Below are positions 36,197 through 45,442 of a stretch of DNA of 46,086 nucleotides, in pieces. The stretch is from the NCBI GenBank assembly GCA_964012805.1, contig CAXGUD010000030.1, positions 1 to 46,086 on the forward strand, written 5' to 3'. The position numbers were made by a program, and so were the translations under genes. Numbering within the stretch: the first letter of the stretch is position 1; each line of letters starts with the position of its first letter. Below the pieces are notes generated by a model, which saw only the letters and a program-made list of their open reading frames with translations, did not search any database and was not told where the DNA came from. Source of the DNA: an uncultured Bacteriovoracaceae bacterium (GTDB lineage: Bacteria > Bdellovibrionota > Bacteriovoracia > Bacteriovoracales > Bacteriovoracaceae).

Positions 36197-36667
36197 CTAT
36201 TGGACCACAAACTTTGTGAAATAGAGTTCTTGAATAATTTTACTTCCCATTTCTTTGTTGAGGCGGTTTTTAATACGGCTTTCTAAAAGAAGTTTTCCTG
36301 TTAGGCTGTTAAGCTCTTCAGGAGACATTTCTCCGGCTATATCCAAAAAAGTATCCCTGACGATATGTTTGTTTTTTTCTATTTCAGCGACTTGATCGTC
36401 CTTAAAAGGGACAATTTCAGTAGTGATTTCCAAAAACCTCAGCTTTTTGCTCCTAGAAGGCAGGTTGACGATAACTCTTTTCATTTTATAGCTGTTTATT
36501 GGTTTAAAGGTTTGACCACTAGCTAGTAGTTTTGCTTTTTCGGCTTCGCTATTGGGAAGAGGTCGCTTGAAAATTATGGTTTTATAGACAATAACCCCAA
36601 GGGCAGCGAGTGTTGCTAATAAACTTACCCCAAGGATGATTAAATCGATCATTTTTTTACCTGTCAT
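36197..36667 (-). CDS. fliL: Flagellar basal-body-associated protein FliL
   Basis: Single N-terminal TM; IVNL, IVRD, GK..L...I..RLN, ELYFTKFVVQ. Confidence 0.9.
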   Translation of the reverse strand: MTGKKMIDLIILGVSLLATLAALGVIVYKTIIFKRPLPNSEAEKAKLLASGQTFKPINSYKMKRVIVNLPSRSKKLRFLEITTEIVPFKDDQVAEIEKNKHIVRDTFLDIAGEMSPEELNSLTGKLLLESRIKNRLNKEMGSKIIQELYFTKFVVQ

Positions 36668-36892
36668 GAGAAACTCCTTTTCTCCTTCGACCTTTACCTA
36701 TTGTAGGGTTTATTTTGTTTTGACTCAAATGAAGAAATGGCCAGATTTAATGTTTTAGGGAAGTGTATTTCCTTAAACACCTCCTAGGTAAAGTTTTTAT
36801 ATTGCCTTGCGAAATGAAAGAAAATGTGAGACTTAAAGCTTTGTAAAGGAATTCCCTTTTATATAGGGTGATCAGCTTAAAGGAGACCCCTG

Positions 36893-37858
36893 ATGAATAT
36901 TTTAAAGTCCACTTTGATAACCGTTACCTTAATGGCTTTTTTTGGACTTTGTCCCGAGTCTGCCTTCTCTGTAAATAAGATTATTTATGGTGAAGATAAC
37001 AGGTTTGACCTAATTGATTCTCCTCTACCACTTTTTAACGACTTGGCTAGATCAACGGCTGCCATGGTGAAAAAAGAGCGTTTGAGTTCCTCTGAATATG
37101 ATGTTGTTTCTCCAGTGATGAGAATGACTAAAAATATAAAACCTCTAAAGAAAGCATTAAACCTTTGCAATGATGAGAAGTTTTCTGATCAACCTCATTT
37201 GTCTCATTGTTCAGGTTTTCTTGTTGGAAAAGACATTTTGGTTACGGCCGGGCACTGCGTTTCAAACAGAATGGCCAATGCCTGTGAAGACTTCTATTGG
37301 GTTTTTGATTACAAATTAAATGATGTTAATGACCCTTTTGATATTCATTTTCCTGAAGAAAATGTTTACCGTTGTAAGGAAGTTTTGTCTTCGAAGTTTG
37401 AGCCTTGGAATCCTGGAAAAACGGATTATGCCATCGTTAAGCTTGATAGACCTGTTTTAGGGAGAGAACCTCTTAAATTAAGAGAGTCTGGAGAAGTCCA
37501 AATTGGAGAACCACTTGTTTTAATAGGTCACCCCTGGGGGCTTCCAACTAAAGTTTCTCATAACGCAGAAGTTTTAAAAAATGATGGTTTGACTTGGTTT
37601 ATGGCCAATCTTGATAGCTTTGAGGGTAACTCAGGATCAGCTGTTTTTAATGAATTAACAGGTGAAGTCGAAGGAATTTTAGTACGAGGGAAGCCAGACT
37701 CTGTTGGTCAATATTTACCTGAAGTTGGCTTTTGTAAAACCCTTAATTATTGCCATGAAGACGGAACGAATTGCAAAACCCACGATAGAATCGATGGAGA
37801 GCATGTCACTAAGGTGAGTGTCTTCAGGGACGATCTGAAAAAGTATCTCGGTCTATAA
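36893..37858 (+). CDS. Secreted trypsin-like serine protease
   Basis: Signal peptide; IIYGEDNR, CSGFLV, TAGHC, DYA, GNSGSAV. Confidence 0.93.
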   Translation: MNILKSTLITVTLMAFFGLCPESAFSVNKIIYGEDNRFDLIDSPLPLFNDLARSTAAMVKKERLSSSEYDVVSPVMRMTKNIKPLKKALNLCNDEKFSDQPHLSHCSGFLVGKDILVTAGHCVSNRMANACEDFYWVFDYKLNDVNDPFDIHFPEENVYRCKEVLSSKFEPWNPGKTDYAIVKLDRPVLGREPLKLRESGEVQIGEPLVLIGHPWGLPTKVSHNAEVLKNDGLTWFMANLDSFEGNSGSAVFNELTGEVEGILVRGKPDSVGQYLPEVGFCKTLNYCHEDGTNCKTHDRIDGEHVTKVSVFRDDLKKYLGL

Positions 37859-37914
37859 CCTCTTGATTGCTTTAGATCAGCATTAATTTTTAGTTTTAAA
37901 TTTGATTTTGAAAG

Positions 37915-37950
37915 AATAAAAAAAGGAAGGCTTGACCTTCCTTTTTTATT
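37915..37950. terminator. Bidirectional rho-independent terminator
   Basis: aataaaaaaaggaagg-cttga-ccttccttttttatt. Confidence 0.9.
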
Positions 37951-37973
37951 AGATTGTTCAAAGTTGAACTTTT

Positions 37974-39080
37974 TTAAATCTTTAAAGTTGTGTATTGAAG
38001 GTCTAAATCATCGGCAATCTGTTTGTAGACAAGATCACCTTTATATATATTGAGCCCAAGCTTGAGGGCATCATCTTTTTTACAGGCTTCTTCCACTCCA
38101 AGCTTTGCAATCATTTGTGCATACCTAAGTGTTACGTTTGTAAGAGCATAGGTAGACGTTTGAGCCACTGCACCTGGCATATTGGCCACGCAATAATGGG
38201 TAACTCCATCGACAACAAAAGTTGGTTCTTGGTGAGTTGTGGGTTTGCAGGTTTCGATACAGCCACCCTGATCGACAGCTATGTCAATGACAACTGATCC
38301 CTTACTCATTTGTGAAATCATTTCTCTTGAAACAAGCTTAGGTGCCTTTGCTCCTGGTATCAGGACAGCTCCAATAACAAGGTCACTCTCTCTAACACTC
38401 TTTTCTATATTATCGATATTTGAAAAAAGAGTCGTTATTTTAGTGCTAAAAAGGTCGTCCAACTCGGCCATTCTTTTAACGGACAAATCAATCGCTGTTA
38501 CATCTGCTCCCATTCCCATTGCCATTTTAATGGAGTTTGTGCCGGCCACGCCACAACCAATAACTGTGACTTTGGCCCTACGGACACCTGGAACACCGCC
38601 AAGAAGAACTCCCTTGCCTCCTCTATCAAGTTGGAGGTATTGAGCGCCAATTTGGGTTGCCATACGTCCTGCAACTTCACTCATAGGAAGAAGAAGCGGA
38701 AGAGATCCGTCTTTGGCCTGTATAGTTTCATAAGCAATAGAGGTTGCACCTGATTGCATGAGGGTTTCTGTAAGTTTTTTATCAGCTGCTAAATGAAGGT
38801 AAGTGTAAAGAATGTGGTGTGGTTTTAGGAGTTTGACTTCCCTTGGCTGAGGTTCTTTCACTTTAATGATCATATCAGCAGCTTCGTAGACTGCTTCAAG
38901 GCTGTCCAACATGGTTGCCCCAGCTTCAATATAGAGGCCATCAGGAAGCCCAATGCCCACTCCTGCAGACTTTTCGACAAAGACTTGATGTCCATCTAAA
39001 ACAAGCTGACGGACCCCAGAAGGAACTAAGCCTACCCGATTCTCATTATTTTTTATTTCCTTAGGAATTCCTACTTTCAT
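37974..39080 (-). CDS. ald: Alanine dehydrogenase
   Basis: GIPKEIKNNENRV, YLHLAA, PMSEVAGR, DIAVDQGGC, YCVANMPGAV. Confidence 0.97.
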   Translation of the reverse strand: MKVGIPKEIKNNENRVGLVPSGVRQLVLDGHQVFVEKSAGVGIGLPDGLYIEAGATMLDSLEAVYEAADMIIKVKEPQPREVKLLKPHHILYTYLHLAADKKLTETLMQSGATSIAYETIQAKDGSLPLLLPMSEVAGRMATQIGAQYLQLDRGGKGVLLGGVPGVRRAKVTVIGCGVAGTNSIKMAMGMGADVTAIDLSVKRMAELDDLFSTKITTLFSNIDNIEKSVRESDLVIGAVLIPGAKAPKLVSREMISQMSKGSVVIDIAVDQGGCIETCKPTTHQEPTFVVDGVTHYCVANMPGAVAQTSTYALTNVTLRYAQMIAKLGVEEACKKDDALKLGLNIYKGDLVYKQIADDLDLQYTTLKI

Positions 39081-39220
39081 TTTAATTTCTCCTGCTCCAA
39101 TGGAATGGCCTTCTCTATGAGATTTGCCAGAAACACATTAAGAGGGTGAATATAGACTATTTTATTTCACTCTTTAAAGAAAAAAATGAGGGAAGAGTCA
39201 AATAGAAGAAAGGTTCTCTT

Positions 39221-40072
39221 TCATTTATTGCGGTATGTCAGCACTTGATTGTCAAAGGCCGGACTTACAGTTCCCCCTAAAGATTTTTTCGCTTCAGTCT
39301 CAAGTTCTAAATGATCTAAATCGTGGCCCATATGAATAAGTTTTGCTCTCTCTGGGTTTATTTTCTTTATAAAATCAAAGGAGCTATCTGTATTTAGGTG
39401 AGTTCTATGAGGAGCGCGGCAAACACAATCAATAATGAGAAGCTCTAAATTTATTGATCTTAAATGATCGATAACAACTTCGGGTACATCGTGACAGTCA
39501 ATAAGGTAGGCAAATCTTCCTTGGCGAAACCCAATTGTTTCTCCTAGTCCATGAGGAAGAAGAAAAAAGTCAAAAGCTATTCCATGTAAGGTGGTTTTAT
39601 TAATCTTTTTGGAGAAGTTTATTTCTTTGATTAAGAGCCTTGGAATTCCTCCACCAAGCTGAGGTTTATTTGCCTGGTCTCCAAAAATATATGGGAATCG
39701 GTTTTCAATTTCCTCTGAAAATTTTTTTGAGGTGTAAATGGGTATCGTTTTAGGAGGTGGTCCAAAGCAAAGAGGTCTAAGGTCGTCTATGCCATGAAGG
39801 TGATCAGCATGAGTGTGAGTTATAATACATGCATCAATTTTTTTAATTTTGTGGTTAAGAAGTCCTTGTCTGAGGTCAGGAGTTGTATCGATGAGAAAAG
39901 ATAACTCCTGTTTGTTGTCTAAGGTAGGTATTTTCAAAATGATACTGGTCCTAAGCCTTTTATTTTTGGGATTATTGGATTGGCATACTTGGCATTCGCA
40001 GCCTGGAATAGGAATGCCTGTACTTGTGCCAGATCCTAAAATGAGAACTTTGTTTGTCATAGCTTCTTTCAC
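39221..40072 (-). CDS. MBL-fold metallo-hydrolase (PhnP/YcfH-associated type)
   Basis: LGSGTSTGIP..GCECQVC, IDTTPDLRQ, THTHADH. Confidence 0.92.
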   Translation of the reverse strand: MKEAMTNKVLILGSGTSTGIPIPGCECQVCQSNNPKNKRLRTSIILKIPTLDNKQELSFLIDTTPDLRQGLLNHKIKKIDACIITHTHADHLHGIDDLRPLCFGPPPKTIPIYTSKKFSEEIENRFPYIFGDQANKPQLGGGIPRLLIKEINFSKKINKTTLHGIAFDFFLLPHGLGETIGFRQGRFAYLIDCHDVPEVVIDHLRSINLELLIIDCVCRAPHRTHLNTDSSFDFIKKINPERAKLIHMGHDLDHLELETEAKKSLGGTVSPAFDNQVLTYRNK

Positions 40073-40148
40073 TTTACACAGTGCTTGTTTTAAGTCACCT
40101 TATTTAAAAGTTTTAGTTTGAGAAAAACTATTGGTTTAGGGGTTACTA

Positions 40149-41561
40149 ATGATTTTAGAAAAAATAAGTAATGAGTTGTCTTTTTTTATAAAATTTTTCA
40201 GAGTTTTTAAAAAGGGCCCCCTTTTAATAGGACTTTTCTTTTTCATATCTTGCTCAACTATTACGCCATCAAAAAAATCCAACCTTTCTTTAAATCTTAA
40301 GGTTCACAAAGAAATTTTGCCAAATGGCCTTAGAGTCCTGATCATGGAAAACCGCCGACTACCTATCTTTTCATACTACACTTATTTTGATGTCGGTGGA
40401 AGACATGAGAGGAAAGGAATTACAGGAGCGAGCCACTTTTTGGAACATCTCATGTTTAAGGGCGCCAAAAAATATGGAGCAGGTAAGTTTGACTCTTTGA
40501 TTGAAGGTAATGGCGGTTTTAGTAATGCCTACACCTCTTTTGATAATACTGTGTACCATGAAAATATGCCTTCAAAGTCCTTGCCAATAATTATCGATAT
40601 GGAAGCTGATAGAATGGTTAACCTTTTATTAGAACCTAAGGCCTTTGAGAAAGAAAGACAGGTCGTCTTGGAGGAAAGGAAGCTACGGTATGATAATAGT
40701 CCTATGGGTAAGCTCTTTCTTAATATGATGCAGGAAGTATTTGAAGGTACTCCCTACGGAGGCTCTGTCATAGGGGATGTCGAAGATATTAAGAATGTGT
40801 CGAGAGATCAAATATTTAACTACTTCAAAAAATATTATTCACCTAACAACGCCATTATTGTGATTGTAGGAGATGTGGACACAAAAAAAACGATGACCAT
40901 GATTAGGGAAAGATATGGCCCGTTGAAGTCCAATCCTAACTTAAAAAAATTAAAAGAGAAAATGGATGATGATGAACTTTATAAGCATAGAGGGCGGTAT
41001 GGAAGGTCAATAAATATCGAGGGACAATCTCCGACTCCAATATTTATTCTGGCAACGAAAGGCCTACCTTTGGGAAGTCACAAGTCTTATGTTGTAGATT
41101 TATTATCTTCAATTTTAGGAGATGGAACGAGTTCTTACCTATCCAATCTGTATGTCATTAATGATAAACCTTTATTGGCTTCAGTATCTGCTGGTCATTA
41201 TACTCTTAGAAAAAATGGCGTCTTCTATATTCTTGGTCGCATGATAAAAAAAGAAAAACCAGAAAACATGAAGAATGTAATTCTTAAAAAAATGGATGAT
41301 TTTTGTAAAGAAGCTATTACTGAAAGGGCCTTGCAAAGAACCAAAAACCAGTATTTTACTAGTTATTTAAATGGTATAAGGAGCAATGCTGGGGCTGCTC
41401 GATTTTTAGGAAGCTTTGAGTTTTTCCATGGGGACTACAAATACTACGAAAAAGAGTGGGATATTTATAATTCTATAACTATTGATGAAATTCGAGACGC
41501 TTGTCATGAAATCATAAAAAAGGAAGAGTTTTTATTCCTTTCTATTTGGGATAAAAATTAA
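40149..41561 (+). CDS. M16 zinc peptidase, catalytic subunit (lipoprotein)
   Basis: LPNGL, HFLEH (HxxEH), NAYTS, ERQVVLEE; FISC lipobox. Confidence 0.93.
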   Translation: MILEKISNELSFFIKFFRVFKKGPLLIGLFFFISCSTITPSKKSNLSLNLKVHKEILPNGLRVLIMENRRLPIFSYYTYFDVGGRHERKGITGASHFLEHLMFKGAKKYGAGKFDSLIEGNGGFSNAYTSFDNTVYHENMPSKSLPIIIDMEADRMVNLLLEPKAFEKERQVVLEERKLRYDNSPMGKLFLNMMQEVFEGTPYGGSVIGDVEDIKNVSRDQIFNYFKKYYSPNNAIIVIVGDVDTKKTMTMIRERYGPLKSNPNLKKLKEKMDDDELYKHRGRYGRSINIEGQSPTPIFILATKGLPLGSHKSYVVDLLSSILGDGTSSYLSNLYVINDKPLLASVSAGHYTLRKNGVFYILGRMIKKEKPENMKNVILKKMDDFCKEAITERALQRTKNQYFTSYLNGIRSNAGAARFLGSFEFFHGDYKYYEKEWDIYNSITIDEIRDACHEIIKKEEFLFLSIWDKN

Positions 41562-41576
41562 GATCAAAAAGGGTAA

Positions 41577-43025
41577 ATGAGAAAAGGAAAAAAAGAGATG
41601 AAAAACTTAAAAATCAATAAGGTAAAACGAGTATTCTTTTTCTTAATCCTAATGGTGACTAGTTGTGCTTGGGTAAATGCTAAAGAATCCAGCAAGGGCT
41701 TTGAAAGAAAAGGCGTTTTAAAAAATGTTCAAAAATTAAGCTGGGATGGGTTGGACGTTATATGGATTAAAGATAATCGTTTTCCAACTTATGATATAAC
41801 GGTTTATTATGGAGATGGTTCTTTAAGTGATGGAGATAGGAAAGGCGAAACAGAGAGAATGTTTTCCCTCTTGGGAAAAGGGACTCCAAAATATTCTTTT
41901 AAAGACATAGCGGAACAATTTGAGTTTTGGAGCTTTAGTGGAGGTCCAAACGTTTTCCATGAATATTCATCTTATAACTTTTCAGGACTTTTGAAGGATT
42001 TGAAGCCGACAATGAAATTTGTCTGTCATATTTTTAAAAACGCAAGCTTTCCCGAGTCTGAAATTAAAAAACACCTTACAAATGCAAAACTAGGTTTTCA
42101 ATCACTTATTTCAAACCCCAGTTCTCTTGCAAGCAGGGCCTTTAGAGAGATTTCTATGGCCGGTACTCCTTTTTTCTACCCTACAGGTGGTAAGCTTAAG
42201 GATCTCAGCTTTGTCACTCGCGAAGGCTTAAAGAAAAAGCTTCATTACTTTCAAACCAAAGTTCAAAAAAGAATTTATATAAGTGGACCTGAACAAGTTT
42301 TAGAGGTTAAAGACATTCTTGTGAAGGAGTGTGGGTGGAATGGAAGTCAAAGCTTTAAAAGGAAAGTAGAATCACCAGAGAAAAAGTTTGATAAATCAGG
42401 GCCTGAAGTCATTTTAGTGACAGTTCCAAAAGCCAATCAAGCTCAAGTCAGAATTGGACGCTACCTCAACAGAGGTGAGGTCAAGGGTAATGATGAGGTA
42501 CTCGATTTTATGTCAAGTATATTAGGAGGAGGATTTACTTCAATACTAAATAGAGAAGCCAGAATTAAGAGAGGATTAACTTATTCAATCGGAGCCTTTG
42601 CAGCGGGACAAAAGTATTATGGTAGGAGCGGAATCAGTACAGCGACAAGTAATGAAAAAGTTATTGAAATGGTTTCTGTTATTAAGGCATCTATTAAAAA
42701 GGTATCAAAAAAAGAATTTAGTAAAGAGCAATTTAAAACAACTAAAAACTTTTTAAAGGGAAGTTATCCTTTTCAATATGAAACCATAAAATCTTTTATG
42801 GGTCAGATGGTCTTTTTAGATCATGTTGGTAATAATTATTCAAAATTTCACACTTTTCCTAAAAATATTGCATTAATAGAAGAAAAAGATATTGCTAAAG
42901 CTGCAAAAGATATTTTTAATTGGAAAAAGCAGGTGGTTGTTATTCTAGGTGTCAAATCACTTGAAAAAGAGCTTAAAAAAAGTTTTAGAAAACTTAAAAC
43001 TATTTCCTATGAGAGCTTTCTATAA
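41577..43025 (+). CDS. M16 peptidase non-catalytic partner subunit
   Basis: No HxxEH; ILGGGFTS.L..EARIKRGLTY (R-Y pair). Confidence 0.88.
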   Translation: MRKGKKEMKNLKINKVKRVFFFLILMVTSCAWVNAKESSKGFERKGVLKNVQKLSWDGLDVIWIKDNRFPTYDITVYYGDGSLSDGDRKGETERMFSLLGKGTPKYSFKDIAEQFEFWSFSGGPNVFHEYSSYNFSGLLKDLKPTMKFVCHIFKNASFPESEIKKHLTNAKLGFQSLISNPSSLASRAFREISMAGTPFFYPTGGKLKDLSFVTREGLKKKLHYFQTKVQKRIYISGPEQVLEVKDILVKECGWNGSQSFKRKVESPEKKFDKSGPEVILVTVPKANQAQVRIGRYLNRGEVKGNDEVLDFMSSILGGGFTSILNREARIKRGLTYSIGAFAAGQKYYGRSGISTATSNEKVIEMVSVIKASIKKVSKKEFSKEQFKTTKNFLKGSYPFQYETIKSFMGQMVFLDHVGNNYSKFHTFPKNIALIEEKDIAKAAKDIFNWKKQVVVILGVKSLEKELKKSFRKLKTISYESFL

Positions 43026-43391
43026 AGGTAATGCAGCCTCTTCTCCGGTATCGGTATGTCCATCCATATTGAGAACTGCCCCCGGATAAATTCTAAGCTC
43101 CATCGCCTCTACTCTTCCTTTTACCTCAGCTGAAGGATAAAGAGTGACTTTTCCAGATGCTTTAATAGTGCCTTCATAGGTACCATAAATCTCTATATTA
43201 TTGCAGGTGACTTCACCGGTAATAGCACCATTTTTTTCAATTATTAGATCAGCATTGTTTTCCATAATAATCTCTCCCTCAATAAGTGAAGAGACATGGG
43301 TTGAACCTGAAAGGTGGAAACGGCCATTAAGTTTCGAGCCTCTTCCAAAAAAGGAGAAGTCTTGCTCTTTGAGGTTTATATAGTCTGCCAT
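43020..43391 (-). CDS. Bactofilin (polymer-forming cytoskeletal protein)
   Basis: G.GS...G, G.I, GAITGEV, G...G.I.A...V.L...A.V.G beta-helix repeats. Confidence 0.92.
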   Translation of the reverse strand: MADYINLKEQDFSFFGRGSKLNGRFHLSGSTHVSSLIEGEIIMENNADLIIEKNGAITGEVTCNNIEIYGTYEGTIKASGKVTLYPSAEVKGRVEAMELRIYPGAVLNMDGHTDTGEEAALPL

Positions 43392-43406
43392 TGAAGTTAT
43401 CCTTGT

Positions 43407-44141
43407 TTAGTTTTCTAATTTACTGGAAATGATTTTTTTAAGAATGAGGTCTCCCGTATTAGAAAAAACGATTATACTAAAGGTAAGGTTTTGAAGAGAT
43501 TGGGGACCAAAGAATGTTGCTTTAAATGGCCTGAATCTCGATGTAGCAAAAAACTCACCTTTATTAAAAAAGATTTGGTTTTGGTCTTCTGGCATACTAT
43601 CTGCGGGATAGTACTGTAAGAGTCCCTTTTCTTTAAGAAGAACAAAAACATAACCAGAAACCCTTTCCTTGTTTTTCGTGTTATTTGTTAGGTTAAAATC
43701 TAATTGAATATTTTTATCCTTTCCTTGACGTATTACTGGCCTATCAACAATCAGTTCGCCTTTTGCTGTTTGATCAACTTGACCAGGAATTTTTTTAAAA
43801 AGGGCAAGGCTATCAAGATAAGTATCTTTTTTTGTAAGCAACTTTTTTTGAAGGTCATTGTTTTGGGTAAGGAAAGTCGCTTTTTCCTTTTTTAGAACTT
43901 CATTTTCTTTTTTAAGTGCTTCTATAATTTTTGGCTCTCTTAACTGAAGAGAGTGCTTAATATTTTTAAAATAAATAAGGAGTATCATTACAGACACAAT
44001 ACTAACTAGGGAAATAAGAGGGAGTCCTACAATAAGGGTCTGAAGGTATCTTTTAGAAACTTCAAAGTACTTAGGTGAGCTTTCTCTTTCGTAAAGGATA
44101 AAGGACAGCTTTGAAGGATTTTGAGTTTTGCTTTTAAACAT
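43407..44141 (-). CDS. Hypothetical single-TM coiled-coil protein
   Basis: One TM segment, coiled coil (LKKENEVLKKEK...LQKKL), beta-rich C-terminus. Confidence 0.7.
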   Translation of the reverse strand: MFKSKTQNPSKLSFILYERESSPKYFEVSKRYLQTLIVGLPLISLVSIVSVMILLIYFKNIKHSLQLREPKIIEALKKENEVLKKEKATFLTQNNDLQKKLLTKKDTYLDSLALFKKIPGQVDQTAKGELIVDRPVIRQGKDKNIQLDFNLTNNTKNKERVSGYVFVLLKEKGLLQYYPADSMPEDQNQIFFNKGEFFATSRFRPFKATFFGPQSLQNLTFSIIVFSNTGDLILKKIISSKLEN

Positions 44142-44171
44142 TATGAACCCCCGAGCCTTTTTGGATCTTTG

Positions 44172-45320
44172 TTATTTTTGCTTTTTGTTTGTTCCAACTT
44201 GAGAGCTTGCGAAAAAGCGCATCGACGGTTTAAAGGCGTCTTTTTTAGAGAGCTCTTGTGGTGGCAGCTTCTTCCACTGCTCATTGACTATTTTCCATTG
44301 GTACTCACTATCCATCTCAAGGTAGAGGGATTTTTTTCCAATATCTTTTATATTGTTACCCTTATAAGATTGCTTAAAAGTTGCTACCGCGTAGTGTTCA
44401 GATCTTAGGATTGAAAGGTTGGAAATGGTGATCTCAGGCTGACCTGGGTTGTTAAAAACAGCCCTTTTGTAGTTTTTAAAGTTTTGATAGCCACCCCTAA
44501 AACGGTCGTAGTATTTTTGAGGGTGGTAATGTGAAACGTAGGTTTTATAATCTTCTTTCTTCCAGGCGTCGACCCAATTATGAATTGTTGCCTTTAAGTT
44601 GTTTCGGCTGGTCCTCCATGTTCTTTCTTTAAGGAGGTGTAGATCCTGCACAACAATGATTTGTGTTTTATCTAACTCTATATAAGTAGAAATTTCTTTA
44701 AGGTCGTTGTTTGCGGCAACAACACAACCCCTAGAGTCAAGGCCTTTCTCTATTCGCGTCTCGTCATTTGTTGAATGCAGCCATATCCCCCCACCTGTTT
44801 TTCTTAGTCTTTGGTCAATAGGGTTTGGATAGTTCATAACAAATGCACCAACTCCATAAATTTCCCCCGCTTTTCCATGCCTTTTTATAAGGTCTTCGTG
44901 TGTTAGGAATTCTATAAATTGATAAATCCCTTCAGGCGTTTTGTGGTCACCTTGAAAAAGTTTGTCGCCGGCTTTTTTGCCTGTTGCCATTTGATAGGTC
45001 TTGACGTGTTTTGGGTACGAGCCTTTATTTTTAAATAGGTGGAGTTGGTGAGTCGATTTCTCTGCTATAAGTATGTGATGTGAAAAGAAGTCATCAAGAT
45101 ACATCAGTGCAGCAGGAAAAATTTTTGGCAAACTATTATTTTTAATATTTGTGGGAATGGATGCAGAAACTGAGAGCGATGCATAAATTCCTAGAAAAAT
45201 GAGGGCCGTATGGAGTAAGGTCATTTTATTTTTTTGTATCATAGAGGTTTGCCTTTTGCGCAGTGGTAAAAAGCGACCAAGTTTGTCGATTATAATTAAT
45301 GTAAAAACAAGATCTTTCAC
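44172..45320 (-). CDS. L,D-transpeptidase/carboxypeptidase (YkuD) with C-terminal NTF2-like domain (Csd6/Pgp2/Bd1075-like); start probably ATG 45242
   Basis: GDHKTPEGIY, YPNP.D, GIWLHS, SRGCV; WVDAWKKED..Y..HY, FKQSY, WKIVNE. Confidence 0.88.
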   Translation of the reverse strand: MKDLVFTLIIIDKLGRFLPLRKRQTSMIQKNKMTLLHTALIFLGIYASLSVSASIPTNIKNNSLPKIFPAALMYLDDFFSHHILIAEKSTHQLHLFKNKGSYPKHVKTYQMATGKKAGDKLFQGDHKTPEGIYQFIEFLTHEDLIKRHGKAGEIYGVGAFVMNYPNPIDQRLRKTGGGIWLHSTNDETRIEKGLDSRGCVVAANNDLKEISTYIELDKTQIIVVQDLHLLKERTWRTSRNNLKATIHNWVDAWKKEDYKTYVSHYHPQKYYDRFRGGYQNFKNYKRAVFNNPGQPEITISNLSILRSEHYAVATFKQSYKGNNIKDIGKKSLYLEMDSEYQWKIVNEQWKKLPPQELSKKDAFKPSMRFFASSQVGTNKKQK

Positions 45321-45442
45321 CCACCATTTTAGTATAATTTAAATCTATTAATCAACAAGAGAAGGTTTCATAAAATGGATGTTTTTCCTGAAGATTGAAC
45401 TTTTTTAGTCATTTGTTATGATGGTAATATTAAGGTTGTGTC

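Noticed and set aside
40149..43025. Second M16 gene lacking HxxEH as a pseudogene or novelty
   Set aside because: Active plus inactive M16B heterodimer pairs are well known.
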